In this document: positions 26,277-39,015 of the stretch, one piece after another
Layout of the letters: each line of letters opens with the position of its first letter
How positions within the stretch are numbered: the stretch's first letter is position 1
DNA from: Octopus sinensis
Taxonomy: Eukaryota
Length of the DNA stretch: 64,000 nt
Direction: 5' to 3'
Assembly (NCBI RefSeq): GCF_006345805.1
Contig: NC_043000.1
Location: forward strand, 157,046,001 to 157,110,000
Made by a program: the position numbers and the translations under genes
Notes under the pieces: generated by a model
Seen by the model: the letters and a program-made list of their open reading frames with translations, nothing else
Told to the model about the DNA's origin: nothing
Database searches by the model: none

Positions 26277-26790
26277 ATACATACACATATACATACATAC
26301 ACATATACATGCATACATACATACATACATACATACATACATACATACATACATACATAATGCAAACATACATACACATATACATACACACATACATACA
26401 TAATACATACATACATACATACATACATGCAAACATGCATGCAACGAGCTTCCACGTACTTACTAAGTACCTAATTCATTCAGAAGGCATTGGTCGAATT
26501 GAGACCATAATCGAAGGCACACGTGCAAGATTTCACGCAGTAGGACTGAACTCGAAACCGCGTGGTCGCAAGGCGAACTTCTCAACCACACACTCAAGCC
26601 TCCGCCGTTAATTACGTGTTAACATGGTACTATTATCACTGTTTGTTTCAATCAACATTCTCTTACATTCAACAAACTAAACAGAGTGAAAAAAGGAGCG
26701 GCATTATCGCGGCTCTACTTCCACCAATCCTTTTAACGCCACACACCAATACACAGGAAACTCAACGAGAATAACAGACTACTAGTAACC

Positions 26791-27225
26791 TTTAGATATT
26801 ACGATTTTATAAAATATTACGAACTTTGAATATTATGACATTCGTAATTTTAAATATTGCGCATTGAGCGGGGGTGGATGGGTTAAACAGCAACAACAGA
26901 AATAACTACGAAGATGCAACACATGCAAGCATATACAGAGGTAAATTCATTCAAAGCCATGCCTCCCACATATATACACACATATAGACGTATAGAAAAA
27001 TTTAGGTGTTACGATTTTATAAAGCATTACGAACTTTGAATAATTACGTTCGCAATTTTAAGTATTGCGTATTGACCGCAGGTGGGTGGGTTTAACAACG
27101 ACAACAACAACAACAACAACGGAGGAAGCAAGAACGAAGATAGAACATATGCAAGCAGACACAGAGGTATATTCATTCATTCAAAGTCTTACTTCCCACA
27201 CACATACAGACACGTACACAATGGC
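26791..27225. repeat. Diverged direct tandem duplication (~210 bp x 2)
   Basis: TTTAG(A/G)T(A/G)TTACGATTTTATAAA..TTACGAACTTTGAAT at 26791 and 27001. Confidence 0.85.
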
Positions 27226-27609
27226 CACAAAACACACACGTTCAAACATAAAAGTACACACGAACACAGGCGAACACTGTATAATGTTCATCACACACCT
27301 ACGAAAACTCCCGAAAAAAAAACTAAATGAATATAAACTACAGCAGCAACAGCAACAACAACAACAGAGGTGCTTATAGTTCAGGTACCATACTGCTCCC
27401 TTCCTAACTAGCTATATTAGGAGATTGTAGGTGCAGCTGGGCGGTGTCTGGGTTTTGATCATAGTTCTGGTTACATTCCTCTTGGAAGACATCAAACTAT
27501 TGAAATCTGACATTTAGGGATTGTTCGCTATTTCGGGAAGTATTGCGACATTGCTAAGTTTAGTTATAGGAAAGTCAAGTGGAGGTGTTGCCATACGATC
27601 ACAGCACTT

Positions 27610-27672
<63 letters not shown>

Positions 27673-27846
27673 TCACTCTCTCTCTCTCTCTCTCTCTCTT
27701 CTTCACTCTCTCTCTCTTTCTATCTCACTCCTTTTCTCTCTCTCACACACACACAATTTCTTTTAATCATTCCGTCATATGTATCTGTGTAGACGTATCT
27801 GTATATGTATGCCTGCTTGATGTATGTATGTATGTATGTATGTATG

Positions 27847-27878
<32 letters not shown>

Positions 27879-28071
27879 CATGTATGAATTTTTGCGTATG
27901 CATGTTATGCATATGCATGTATATATATATACATACACATTATATGTATATATATATATATCACATATATATATGCATATATATATACACACATTTACAT
28001 GTATATTTGTATATATATATGCACATATTATATATATATACATACATTATATATATATATATATATGTATC

Positions 28072-28165
<94 letters not shown>

Positions 28166-28499
28166 CATATGTGCGTGTGCGTGTGTGGGGGTAAAAATGG
28201 ATGCATGCTTTATGTGCTTGTGTGTGTGTGTGTGTGCGCGCGCGTTTTCCCATGTAATTGTAAGAATCGTGCATAATTTGTATCAATGCAATTTGTGAAA
28301 AACATTTACAGACACGTAGATCTATCTCTGCTGAAGTGTCTCGCTCCCTCTCCTCTTCTCTCTCTGTTTTTTTGCACACACACACACGCGAGCGCGCGCA
28401 CACACACGTACGCATCTATGTGTGTGTGCATATGTAGATATGCATATGTGCGTACATGTATATGTGGGTGTATGCCTGTGAGTGTGTGTGTGTGTTAAC

Positions 28500-28562
28500 C
28501 CATAGCTGGAAGCCTGAGGGGTGCTACTGCTCTGGATGCCTCTATTCCGAGTCAGAGCTGAT
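28500..28562 (-). CDS. Candidate 63-nt exon (SALTRNRGIQSSSTPQASSYG)
   Basis: Acceptor TGTTTGTTTCCAG, weak donor GG|GTTAAC, one open frame (phase 2-2). A unique island among microsatellites. Confidence 0.22.
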
Positions 28563-28584
28563 CTGGAAACAAACAGCGGAAACA

Positions 28585-28632
<48 letters not shown>

Positions 28633-28806
28633 CATATACATTTTTGACTATTTATTAAAATTTATGTATTGATTAGTCTTTCCTTGTTTGTTTTGCAAAA
28701 TAGTGGTTTTGTCTCTAATAATATTTTATATGCATATATATATATGTATATGTGTATATATATACATATATATATATATGTATATGTATATGTGTACATG
28801 TATATA

Positions 28807-28850
<44 letters not shown>

Positions 28851-29010
28851 ATATATACATATATATATATATACATGTGTATGTATGTGTGTGTGTGAAT
28901 ATGAATAAAAATGACGTTTTTTATTATTTTTCCACTTCAATAATTCGATGCTTGTAAGTTATTAGGTGCTTCACCTAGTAACTAAAGTAAGAACTTTCTA
29001 TTTCTTATTC

Positions 29011-29042
<32 letters not shown>

Positions 29043-29045
<3 letters not shown>

Positions 29046-29425
29046 CGCAGGAGTGGCTGTGTGGTAAGTAGCTTGCTTACCAACCACATGGTTCCGGGTT
29101 CAGTCCCACTGCGTGGCACCTTGGGCAAGTGTCTTCTACTATAGCCCCGGGCCGACCAATGCCTTGTGAGTGGATTTGGTAGATGGAAACTGAAAGAAGC
29201 CCATCGCATATATATATATATGCATGTGTGTGTTTGTGTGTGTGTGTTTGTCCCCCTAGCATTGCTTGACAACCGATACTGGTGTGTTTACGTCCCCGTT
29301 ATTTAGCGGTTCGGCAAAAGAGACCGATAGAATAAGTACTGGGCTTACAAAAGAATGCTCGATTAAAGGCTGTGCTCCAGCATGGCCGCAGTCAAATGAC
29401 TGAAACAAGTAAAAGAGTAAAAGAG
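29043..29425 (+). mobile_element. SINE-A
   Basis: Full head GGCGCAGGAGTGGCTGTGTGG through to the GTAAAAGAG tail. Confidence 0.92.
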
Positions 29426-29592
29426 TATATAGTAGAATAAGAAATAGAAAGTCCTTGCTTTAGTTGCTATCATTCGCCATGATAGATCGCTGGCCACAAC
29501 ACATTCTTTATTTTGTCTTTGTTTCTTTCTGTGTTCCTGTCTGTGGAAGAGCAGAGCGTAGGTTCGAAACGTTAAAGACTTTTTCACTTCCT
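29426..29592 (+). mobile_element. Penelope pLTR-like repeat with hammerhead-like motif
   Basis: GATAGATCG..CTGTGGAAGAGC(AGAGC)GTAGGTTCGAAACGTTAAAGAC, homologous to 34762-34965. Confidence 0.55.
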
Positions 29593-29846
29593 TTATATAT
29601 ATATATATATCTACATATGTTCCTGATATCATTTCTATTCTGTGTAAGTCGGACCTTTTTATATGTAAACATATGTACGTTTTTTTTTGTATTAAACGTA
29701 TTTAATATTATTTGTATATCGACTTGCCTAACTTGCTGATCCTTACATTTACTCCTTTATCTGCTCAAGTTTAAATCTCTTGAGCACTGTGAAGTGTATT
29801 CTATACAGAGAATACCTGTCTTTAGTCTCCCTTTCTCTCTCTCTTC

Positions 29847-29879
<33 letters not shown>

Positions 29880-30008
29880 TACATATTTACGCACCCCTGT
29901 ATGTATGCGTACATGTGTGCTTGTGTATGTGTGTGTTTGTGTGTATGTGTTAAAGTATATTTAGATGAGTAATGTTCCAAAATATATGTTCACTGTTTGT
30001 ATTCTCAG

Positions 30009-30105
30009 GTTACGTTGGCGGGCTTTCCTCCTTATATTAAGCACATTGGACCATGGGACTGATGCGGACATCACCAATGGATTTTGAACTTTCAACCCTG
30101 AGTTT
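30009..30105 (+). other. Candidate non-coding or first exon (97 nt)
   Basis: Acceptor TTTGTATTCTCAG and donor GTGAGT. All three frames contain stops, although ATG GAT TTT GAA.. is open to the donor. Confidence 0.2.
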
Positions 30106-31019
30106 GTGAGTAATGTATGTTTGTGCGTTTTTTTCAGCGTTGCCCTTTGTAATAAGCTTATTTTTGTGAAGGTGCGTGACTCAGTGTTCGACTCGTGATC
30201 ATAATGTCTTAGAATCGATTCCTAAGCGAGGCAGCGTGCTGTGTCCTTGAGCAAGACACTTTATTACACCTTGGTCCAGTTTACACAGCAGTAAACGTGT
30301 ACCAGCCTCGTGCTAGAACATCCCTTAATCCCTCCGGCTTGATGTGCTGCTTAGTCAAGGTTGAGGGCGTTGAAGAAGGTAGGGGTCAAGAAAATATCTA
30401 TGTAAACATGGTGGCTATGTAGACATCTAAAACATCTAGACGACACAGACCAAGCCATAATCACTTACATGTGACGCTTGTAAAATTTTGTATTTTTCAT
30501 TGACTGTTTTCCCCTAATGTTTTCCTCTCTATTTTTGTTTGATGTTGTTGATAGAGTACAATAAAACTACTTCCAATTAAAACTGAAGTAACCCGGGGAG
30601 TAACAGCGCTGTGCCTGCACTGTTAATATAAAAGTTAGAGTTATGAAGTTTGCAACTTCCACATTTGAATTCAGCTTTATAAATCTTATTGTTACTAGGT
30701 TAATAGCAGTTTGTTCTTGGTTTGAATACTTGTGCCACACCAGTAATAAGACTTTTAATTTTAGTTTTCATGTAGAATATATTTATTTTTTCTTTATGGT
30801 TTGATGTAATGCATTTTGTGCTCCGTTTTATGAGGCTTTTAATACGGTACTAATCGACGTTATAGTTACAATATATTTCAGTTACAAAGATAGTTTATTT
30901 GCGGTTTGAATGTATTTGGCATATGTGAAATTTGATGCATTTATTGCGTGTAATTGTGTCCGCATTGCTTTATGCTTGGCCCATTAGTTAGGAGGTTTTA
31001 GCCAAGAGATATAACGCTG

Positions 31020-31880
31020 CACCTAAAATTGAGGCTAGTAAACTATTATATCATGCCAGTTATCCTCTACGGAGTAGAAATTTGGACAATGTATATATAT
31101 TTCTTTATTGCCCACAAAGGGCTAAACATAGAGGGGACAAACAAGGACAGACAAACGGATTAAGTCGATTACATCGACCCCAGTGCGAAGCTGGTACTTT
31201 ATTTATCGACACCGAAAGGATGAAAGGCAAAGTCGACCTCGGCGGAATTTGAACTCAGAACGTAATGACAGACGAAATACCTATTTCTTTACTACCCACA
31301 AGGGGCTAAACACAGAGAGGACAAACAAGGACAGACAAACGGATTAAGTCGATTATATCGACCCCAGTGCGTAACTGGTACTTAATTTATCGACCTCGAA
31401 AGGATGAAAGGCAAAGTCGATCCTCGGCGGAATTTGAACTCAGAACGTAACGGCAGACGAAATACTGCAAAGCATTTCGCCCGGCGTGCTAACGTTTCTG
31501 CCAGCTCGCCGCCTTATCGACAATGTATATAGCCATGAGAAGAAGACAGAAGCTTTTAAGGTGTGAATATTTTTCAGGATGGCTAGGATAAGCAGGAAAT
31601 GTAGGTTAACAAACAAAGTAGTTGTAGAAACGTTGAAATTTCAAAGACACCTATTGTTGGGAATGAAATATAAAACACTATTATATTATGAACATAGTGT
31701 TCTATGAGTCATAGTCCAAGACCACCCTGATAGGAAGTGTGGAAGGGAAGAAAGCAAGAAGCTGTCAAAAGCTTTTGCGGACTGAGGACATCAAAGAATG
31801 AACTTAAAACAGGAACCTGGCTGATTGTATGAATACAGTACAAGACAGAAGGAATTAGGGAATCTTGGCAAGCCAATCCC
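31020..31880 (+). mobile_element. Decayed RTE-clade LINE C-terminal fragment, interrupted by a SINE-B dimer
   Basis: YYIMPVILYGVEIWTM before the SINE; EAFKV*IF..RMARIS after it. Confidence 0.65.
31098..31515 (-). mobile_element. SINE-B dimer
   Basis: Units start at 31098 and 31282. TSD GACAATGTATATA at 31085-31097 and 31519-31531. Confidence 0.92.
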
Positions 31881-32252
31881 TGGACACTGGGAAGGCATGA
31901 AGGCACCTGACCGGTGATTGATGATTGCTTGTGCTTCGTTTGTGGAGGAGAAGTTTTCTAACAGATAAGGATTTTACCATTGAGATTAGATATTTGTGCG
32001 AACTTTCACCGTTCAATTACATGCGTATATTTTGCGTCAGTGGTGTAAAACGGTTGTGATACATCTGATACTTCATATTTGAATGTGTATGTCTACAAAA
32101 AGAAATCATTGATTGTAGTGCCAGAAGTTTTTGAACGGAGTATTTTTTTTGCTTAGATGCTTTGTTTTAATTTCTCTTCCGCTTTGTTCAGTAACGAGTA
32201 TAGCATAAGAGATCTAGCGAGTGTATTAGTATGAATTATATTTCGATAATAT

Positions 32253-32468
32253 ATTTCTTTACTACCCACAAGAGGCTAAACACAGAAGGGACAAACAAGG
32301 ACAGACAAACGGATTACGTCGACCCCAGTGCGTAACTGGTACTTAATTTATCGACCCCGAAAGGATGAAAGGCAAAGTCGACCTCGGCGGAATTTGAACT
32401 CAGAACGTAACGGCAGACGAAATACAGCTACGCATTTCGCCCAGCGTGCTGACGTTTCTGCCAGCTCG
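32253..32468 (-). mobile_element. SINE-B monomer
   Basis: Flanked by the TSD ATTATATTTCGATAATA. Confidence 0.9.
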
Positions 32469-32537
32469 ATATTATATTTCGATAATAGCCTCATAAAATG
32501 TGAACCTGAGAGTGGGCTTATTGCCACTTCACTTTGT

Positions 32538-32602
<65 letters not shown>

Positions 32603-33031
32603 ACACACATACACACATGCGCGCGCACGCCAAATGTGTTTGCAGTGTCAGTACTCATACCAGCATTTGGGCTGCTTGAAATGAAAACCCGAAAAATACG
32701 AACAAGCACACATAATTTCCACACAAACAGTGACGTAGACCGCCCAACCTAAAACGCAAACAAGGCGGCAGAGGCGTTCTTTCTATCAGCAACCATTAAA
32801 CAACAACGATCTATACATTCTATAATGCATAAATTAAATAATCCTTTCTACTATAGGCACAAGGCCTGAAATTTGGGGGAAGCGACTAGTCGATTACATC
32901 GACTCCAGTGTTTCACTGGTACTTAAGTCATCGACCTCGAAAAGATGAAAGCCAATGCGACCTCGGCGAAAATTGAACTCAGAACGAGGCAGCAGAAGCA
33001 ATACGGCTAAACATAAAGTATATGACCATAT

Positions 33032-33450
33032 AGGCGCAGGAGTGGCTGTGTGGTAAGTAGCTTGCTTACCAACCACATGGTTCCGGGTTCAGTCCCACTG
33101 CGTGGCATCTTGGGCAAGTGTCTTCTGCTATAGCCCCGGGCCGACCAAAGCCTTGTGAGTGGATTTGGTAGACGGAAACTGAAAGAAGCCTGTCGTATAT
33201 ATGTATATATGTATTTATATATATATATGTGTGTGTGTGTTTGTGTCTGTGTTTGTCCCCCTAGCATTGCTTGACAACCGATGCTGGTGTGTTTATTTCC
33301 CCGTCACTTAGCGGTTCAGCAAAAGAGATCGATAGAATAAGTACTGGGCTTACAAAGAATAAATCCCGGGGTCGATCTGCTCGACTAAAGGCAGTGCTCC
33401 AGCATGGCCGCAGTCAAATGACTGAAACAAGTAAAAAAGAAAAAGAAAAA
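33032..33450 (+). mobile_element. SINE-A, adjacent to an older minus-strand SINE-B at ~32840-33010
   Basis: Full-length match to family A. Confidence 0.92.
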
Positions 33451-33806
33451 AATAATATATATATATATATATACATTCTGTAACGTAGATTGCTTTCTGT
33501 ACGCTATGAAAATACGTGAATAAAATCAAAGACAATTAGCTTCTAACGGAAAAAGCTGGACAATACAACAGTGTCTATCTTAGCCTACTTTTGACACAGA
33601 TTGTTAAATCAATTATCTGTACAAATTTGGAGGCCTAAGCAACAGACCGTATTTACTCTAAGTTGTTTAAATAAAAGCGTAAAAATCAGCTACAAAAATG
33701 GCCATCATCTCTAAATAATAAAGTTTGATATAAATGGTGGTTGGTTGGTTGGTTGGTTGGTGTCTACTGCCATGCTTTACATCGTATAGTAGAAGAATGA
33801 GGGAGG

Positions 33807-33863
<57 letters not shown>

Positions 33864-34209
33864 AAGCAAAAAGGATACAGGGAGTTATCATGAAATAGAG
33901 GAACACTGAAATGGCTAAGCAGTGGCAGGAAAATGGTAAAGAGGATAAAAGGTAACCGTTGTCGATGGACTACAAATGCATAAAACATGCTTACACACCT
34001 CCACACACTTACTCTCTCTCAGAAATACGCAATCTTCTGTCCACCTCACTCGCGCACGCGTACACACACACACACTACATAACTACATAATTACTATTTA
34101 AGTAAGAGGATAATAAACTTGGCACACTAGTGATACCGAGAGGTAAAGAAGTAGTTCCTTTACAAACAAGCACGTATGGATACACACACATCTCTGTCTG
34201 TCTGCCTGC

Positions 34210-34251
<42 letters not shown>

Positions 34252-34382
34252 ATAATATATAATATGTGTGTGTGTTGAGGTATATATATATGTGTGTGGA
34301 TCTATGCTGAATCGAAACATGTGTAGGAGTCACTAAACAGGTATCGAATTGTACTCCCTCTTCCTTTTGACTCTATTATTTC

Positions 34383-34469
<87 letters not shown>

Positions 34470-34507
34470 ATATATAGACGGAGGTGAGCACCCGAGTAAA
34501 CACTTAC

Positions 34508-34528
34508 CTCGCACAGTTTCATCAGAGC
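34508..34528 (-). other. Candidate 21-nt micro-exon
   Basis: CTTCATGTTTCAG|GCTCTGATGAAACTGTGCGAG|GTAAGTG. Consensus acceptor and donor, length a multiple of 3. Confidence 0.35.
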
Positions 34529-34713
34529 CTGAAACATGAAGTGCAATTTATTTCAGAAAACAAATACATTTATGCGTACATACAGGCAAGCATTACCAAT
34601 GAGAAAACAAATATGCGGGGTATGACATCCAGAGGTTCCTTCCATAATTAGAATAAGATTAATTCTAAGATGTGTATACTGATGAGTATAGGCAGATAAA
34701 AATAAAGTGTGTG

Positions 34714-34759
<46 letters not shown>

Positions 34760-34761
34760 GG

Positions 34762-34965
34762 AAAGATAGATCGTTAGCTACTACACACATTTTTTCTCTT
34801 CTTGTTTCTCTCCTTGCTTTTTTTCTGTGTATCTTTCTGTAGAAGAGCGTAGGCTCGAAACGTAAAAGACTTTTTCTATTCCTGAGCGTTATACTAATAC
34901 ATCTGTTTGTTTGTACACCACCTGCCTTCTTCTTTTGCTTATTTTCGTAAACTTTCCATTTATAT
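34762..34965 (+). mobile_element. Penelope pLTR-like repeat with hammerhead-like motif
   Basis: TCTTT-CTGTAGAA-GAGC GTAG GCTC-GAAAC-GTA-AAAGA at 34832-34869. Confidence 0.55.
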
Positions 34966-35049
34966 ATGAAGTGTATATACATGTAGGTATGTATGTTCGT
35001 ATGCTTATGCATGGCTACGTAATAAAAGAGTAAAGGGTTAAAACACCAT

Positions 35050-35362
35050 TCATAAATGACCTTGGGATTGTACCTAGAAAGCTGCTCTCCAAGGAACAAG
35101 TCCGGGCAAGGTTGTTTATGGAAGACCAGCAGTCTCCCCACTCCACACCACCGATGTTATTCAAAGGAAAGGCAAAGGGGCCGATACAGCTTGCCAACAG
35201 TGGCGTCGCGACTCATTTCTGCAACTGACTGAACTGGAGCAACGTGAAACTGGAGCAACGTGTCTTGCTCAAGAACACAACACACTGCCCGGGCCGGGAA
35301 TCAAACTCAGTACCTCATGATTGTGAGTCCGACGCTCTAACCACTGAGCCATGCGCCTTCAC
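35050..35362 (-). mobile_element. SINE family D (tRNA head GGCGCATGGCTCAGTGGTTAGAGCG)
   Basis: A/B-box-like head and TTCTTGAGCAAGACAC core. Degenerate relatives at about 30168, 50520 and 52031. Confidence 0.8.
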
Positions 35363-35458
35363 TCTATGTTATGATAGTCGATATAAATGTTGGTTGATTG
35401 GTTGATTCATTCCTCCAGCCACACTTTACATTGTCTAGAAAGAGAATGTGTGTGCGTC

Positions 35459-35496
<38 letters not shown>

Positions 35497-35914
35497 GAGA
35501 GAGAGAGAGGAGAAGAGAGAGAGAGAAGGAGAAAGAGAGAGAGAAGAACAGAGAGATTGTAAAGATGATACAGAGAGAATGTAATAAAAGTGGTACAGAA
35601 TATGTACACATGAAGTTAGATAACAGGCAATATCAACTTTCTGAAAAATATTATTTTAAACAAAATTTTGCTGACACAAACTTTATTTATTGCAAAATAT
35701 ACAATTTTATTTCATTTCTACTTCAAAGTTAATAAATATTTTTCTACGAAGATTTGTATTCACTTCATCATTTTGCATAAACAGCAAAAAATTCGATAGA
35801 AGTTAAATTATGGTTATTATAGTTATGTTATCTTTCCTGAAATTACACATGGCGGCAAAAGCATATTTATTAAGTTACATGCTGTGTAACGGGTAATAAC
35901 TCTAGTTTGTGAAT

Positions 35915-36217
35915 AATCTTTTCTACTATAGGCACAAGACCTAAAATTTTGGTGTGTGGGGACCAGTCAATTACATCGACCGCAGTGTTTCATTGATACT
36001 TAACTTATCGACTCCAGTACTTAATTTCTTGACTCCAGTGTTTCACTGGTACTTAATTTATGAACTCCAGCGTTTCACTGGTACTTAATCTATCGGCCCA
36101 GAAAGGATGAAAGGCAAAATCGACCTTGGTGACATTTGAACTTAGAATATAAAGATGGACAAAATGCTGCCAAGAATTTTGCCCGGTATGCTAACGATTC
36201 TGCCAGCTCGCCGCCTA
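35915..36217 (-). mobile_element. Older SINE-B with internal short tandem repeats
   Basis: CTCCAGTGTTTCACTGGTACTTAA is reiterated inside the element. Confidence 0.75.
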
Positions 36218-36386
36218 TAGTTTCTTAATAATGATTAAGATAATGAGTAATAATGAAAAAATCTCGAACGACCAGTTAAAACAGCATCCAGACAACAGAA
36301 TGTACTTCGAGGGCAGAAGAAATCTGTTCCTTTATGGGAAAAATGCTTGACGGAGACAAACAATTACAAAGCAAAGAAACATCGCA

Positions 36387-36788
36387 GGCGCAGGAGTGGC
36401 TGTGTGGTAAGTAGCTTGCTAACCAACCACATGGTTCCGGGTTCAGTCCCACTGCGTGGAATCTTGGGCAAGTGTCTACTGCTATAGCCCCGGGCCGACC
36501 AATGCCTTGTGAGTGGATTTGGTAGACGGAAACTGAAAGAAGCCTGTCGTATATATGTATATAAGTGTGTGTGTATATGTTTGTGTGTCTGTGTTTGTCC
36601 CCCTAGCATTGCTTGACAACCGATGCTGGTGTGTTTACGTCCCCGTCACTTAGCGGTTCGGCAAAAAGAGACCGATAGAATAAGTACTGGGCTTACAAAG
36701 AATAAGTCCCGGGGTCGATTTGCTCGACTAAAGGCGGTGCTCCAGCATGGCCGCAGTCAAATGACTGAAACAAGTAAAAGAGTAAAAG
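36387..36788 (+). mobile_element. SINE-A
   Basis: Full length, with TSD AAAGAAACATC. Confidence 0.92.
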
Positions 36789-37074
36789 AAACATCTCAGA
36801 AGGTTCTAGTTCCTGTTACTCATACTCAAGGAAAAGACGAAAGGGTACAATATTGCGTTGTTGATTTGTGCAGTGACTGTCTTTGTGCTTCATTGAACTT
36901 TGTAGTTCCTGATATAAACCCGCCCTGCCCCGCAAAAAAAGAAAAACTCACAAGGCTGGTTGTAACAGAAGTCATCATTGTTCTGCTGTAAACAACAACT
37001 CTACATGATATTTCAGAAGTCCAGAATAGGTGAGGCATTTGATGGTGGCAAGAAACTGCGAACGTATCCTCGGT

Positions 37075-37245
37075 GATAAAGATGATGCGGATGGTGATTA
37101 TCGTCCTCGTAGTCATTGTCGTCGTCGTCGTCGTCCTCCTCCTCCTCCTCCCCATCATCATCATCAACATCATCATCATCATCGTCGTCATCATCATCAC
37201 CATCACCATCATCATCATCATCATCATCACCACCATCATCATCAC

Positions 37246-37301
<56 letters not shown>

Positions 37302-37438
37302 CCACCATCATCATCATTGTCGTCATCATCATTATCACCACTATCATCATTATCATCATTAGCAGCAGCAGCAGCAAACAACAACAACAACAGCAGCAGT
37401 ATCAACACCACCAACAACAGCAGCAACAACAGCTGCAA

Positions 37439-37485
<47 letters not shown>

Positions 37486-37580
37486 CCATTATCGTCATTG
37501 TTGTCGTTATCGTCGTCGTCGTCGTCATCATCATCATCATCATCATCATCAACAACAGCAACAACAACATCATCACCATT
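37075..37580. repeat. Compound trinucleotide microsatellite (CAT/CAC/CAA/CAG)
   Basis: Read directly from the sequence. It is the source of the poly-H/S/I/D ORFs. Confidence 0.95.
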
Positions 37581-37876
37581 TTTTACTGCTAGCTTTCACT
37601 GCACAACTGGCTGAAGCTTCCTCTGTCTATGCCATGTGCAGTGCTTTTGTTTCGGTTCTGATATTTCTCTTACTTTATTATAAGATCTGCATACAATAAA
37701 CGTGCAATGTCTGGCACTGCTATTTGCAGTATATTATAAATATTTGTACGTCTTAAGGTTTCAGGGTGTATATATTTCTATGCAATATTTTATGTTATCA
37801 TTCTTAAAGCATCTACTATTATGGGGAAAGTTTCCGTTTTCAGACCCCACCTTCGCGTCATCTCTATTTATAGATT

Positions 37877-38258
37877 GGAGGCGCAATGGCCCAGTGGTTA
37901 GGGCAGCGGACTCGCGGTCGTAGGATCGCGGTTTCGATTCCCAGACCGGGCGTTGTGAGTGTTTCTTGAGCGAAAACACCTAAAAGCTCCACGAGGCTCC
38001 GGCAGGGGATGGTGGTGATCCCTGCTGTACTCTTTCACCACAACTTTCTCTCACTCTTACTTCCTGTTTCTGTTGTACCTGTATTTCAAAGGGCCGGCCT
38101 TGTCACTCTCTGTGTCACGCTGAATATCCCCGAGAACTACGTTAAGGGTACACGTGTCTGTGGAGTGCTCAGCCACTTACACGTTAATTTCACGAGCAGG
38201 CTGTTCCGTTGATCGGATCAACCGGAACCCTCGTCGTCGTAACCGACGGAGTACTTCC
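37877..38258 (+). mobile_element. SINE family C, tRNA(Arg)-like head, full length
   Basis: GGAGGCGCAATGGCCCAGTGGTTAGGGCAGCGGACTCGCGG..GGTTTCGATTCC. Exact 11-bp TSD ATTTATAGATT at 37866-37876 and 38259-38269. Confidence 0.9.
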
Positions 38259-38622
38259 ATTTATAGATTATTATATTTGGATAATTTCTCCACCTCTTTC
38301 AGAAATACATTTGTCATCTTCCAGAAGTGATATGTCGATTAAGAATCTTTTGTTTTCCTCGTTTTCCTTGACAACGAAATCTGGTAATTTAGTCTTGATC
38401 TTTCTGTCTGTGTGTATGGGTACATCTCAGAGTATAGTTGTTTTGTCATTCTTGGAAAGCTTTTTTTCTGTTCGTATTTTGCTGTGCTGGCATAACTGGC
38501 CTGTTTTTGCAGATCAATAATTCTCTGTGCAACCCGCTTTTTAATTATTTAACTACGCAAAAAAAAGAAGAAAACATCCAGAAATTTAATAATGTTAACA
38601 TTTCTTTTATTTTTAAGCGTTA

Positions 38623-38826
38623 TCTTTTACCTGTTTCAGTCATTAGACTGTGGCCATGCTTGAGCACCGCCTTGAAACTCTTACTCGAATGAATCAACCC
38701 TAGAACTTTTTTTTTAAAGCCTAGTACTTATTCTGAACCGCTAAGTTACGGGAGCGTAAACACACCAACACCGGTTGTCAATTGGTGATCGGGGGGACAA
38801 ATACACACATACAAACACACACAGAC

Positions 38827-38909
<83 letters not shown>

Positions 38910-39015
38910 GACGTGCTTCTTTCAGTTTCTGTCTATCAAATCCACTCACAAGGCTTTGTGACGACACTTACCCAAGGTGTCACGCAGTGGGACTGAACCC
39001 CAAACCATGTGGTTT
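38623..39015 (-). mobile_element. SINE-A (diverged)
   Basis: Matches family A with deletions. Confidence 0.85.

Noticed and set aside
36826-37699. Poly-His/Gln/Asp protein
   Set aside because: A trinucleotide microsatellite open in all frames with no splice or domain context.
37877-37950. Functional tRNA-Arg gene
   Set aside because: It continues into a 300-bp SINE body with a TSD, lacks a proper acceptor stem and has no adjacent oligo-T terminator.
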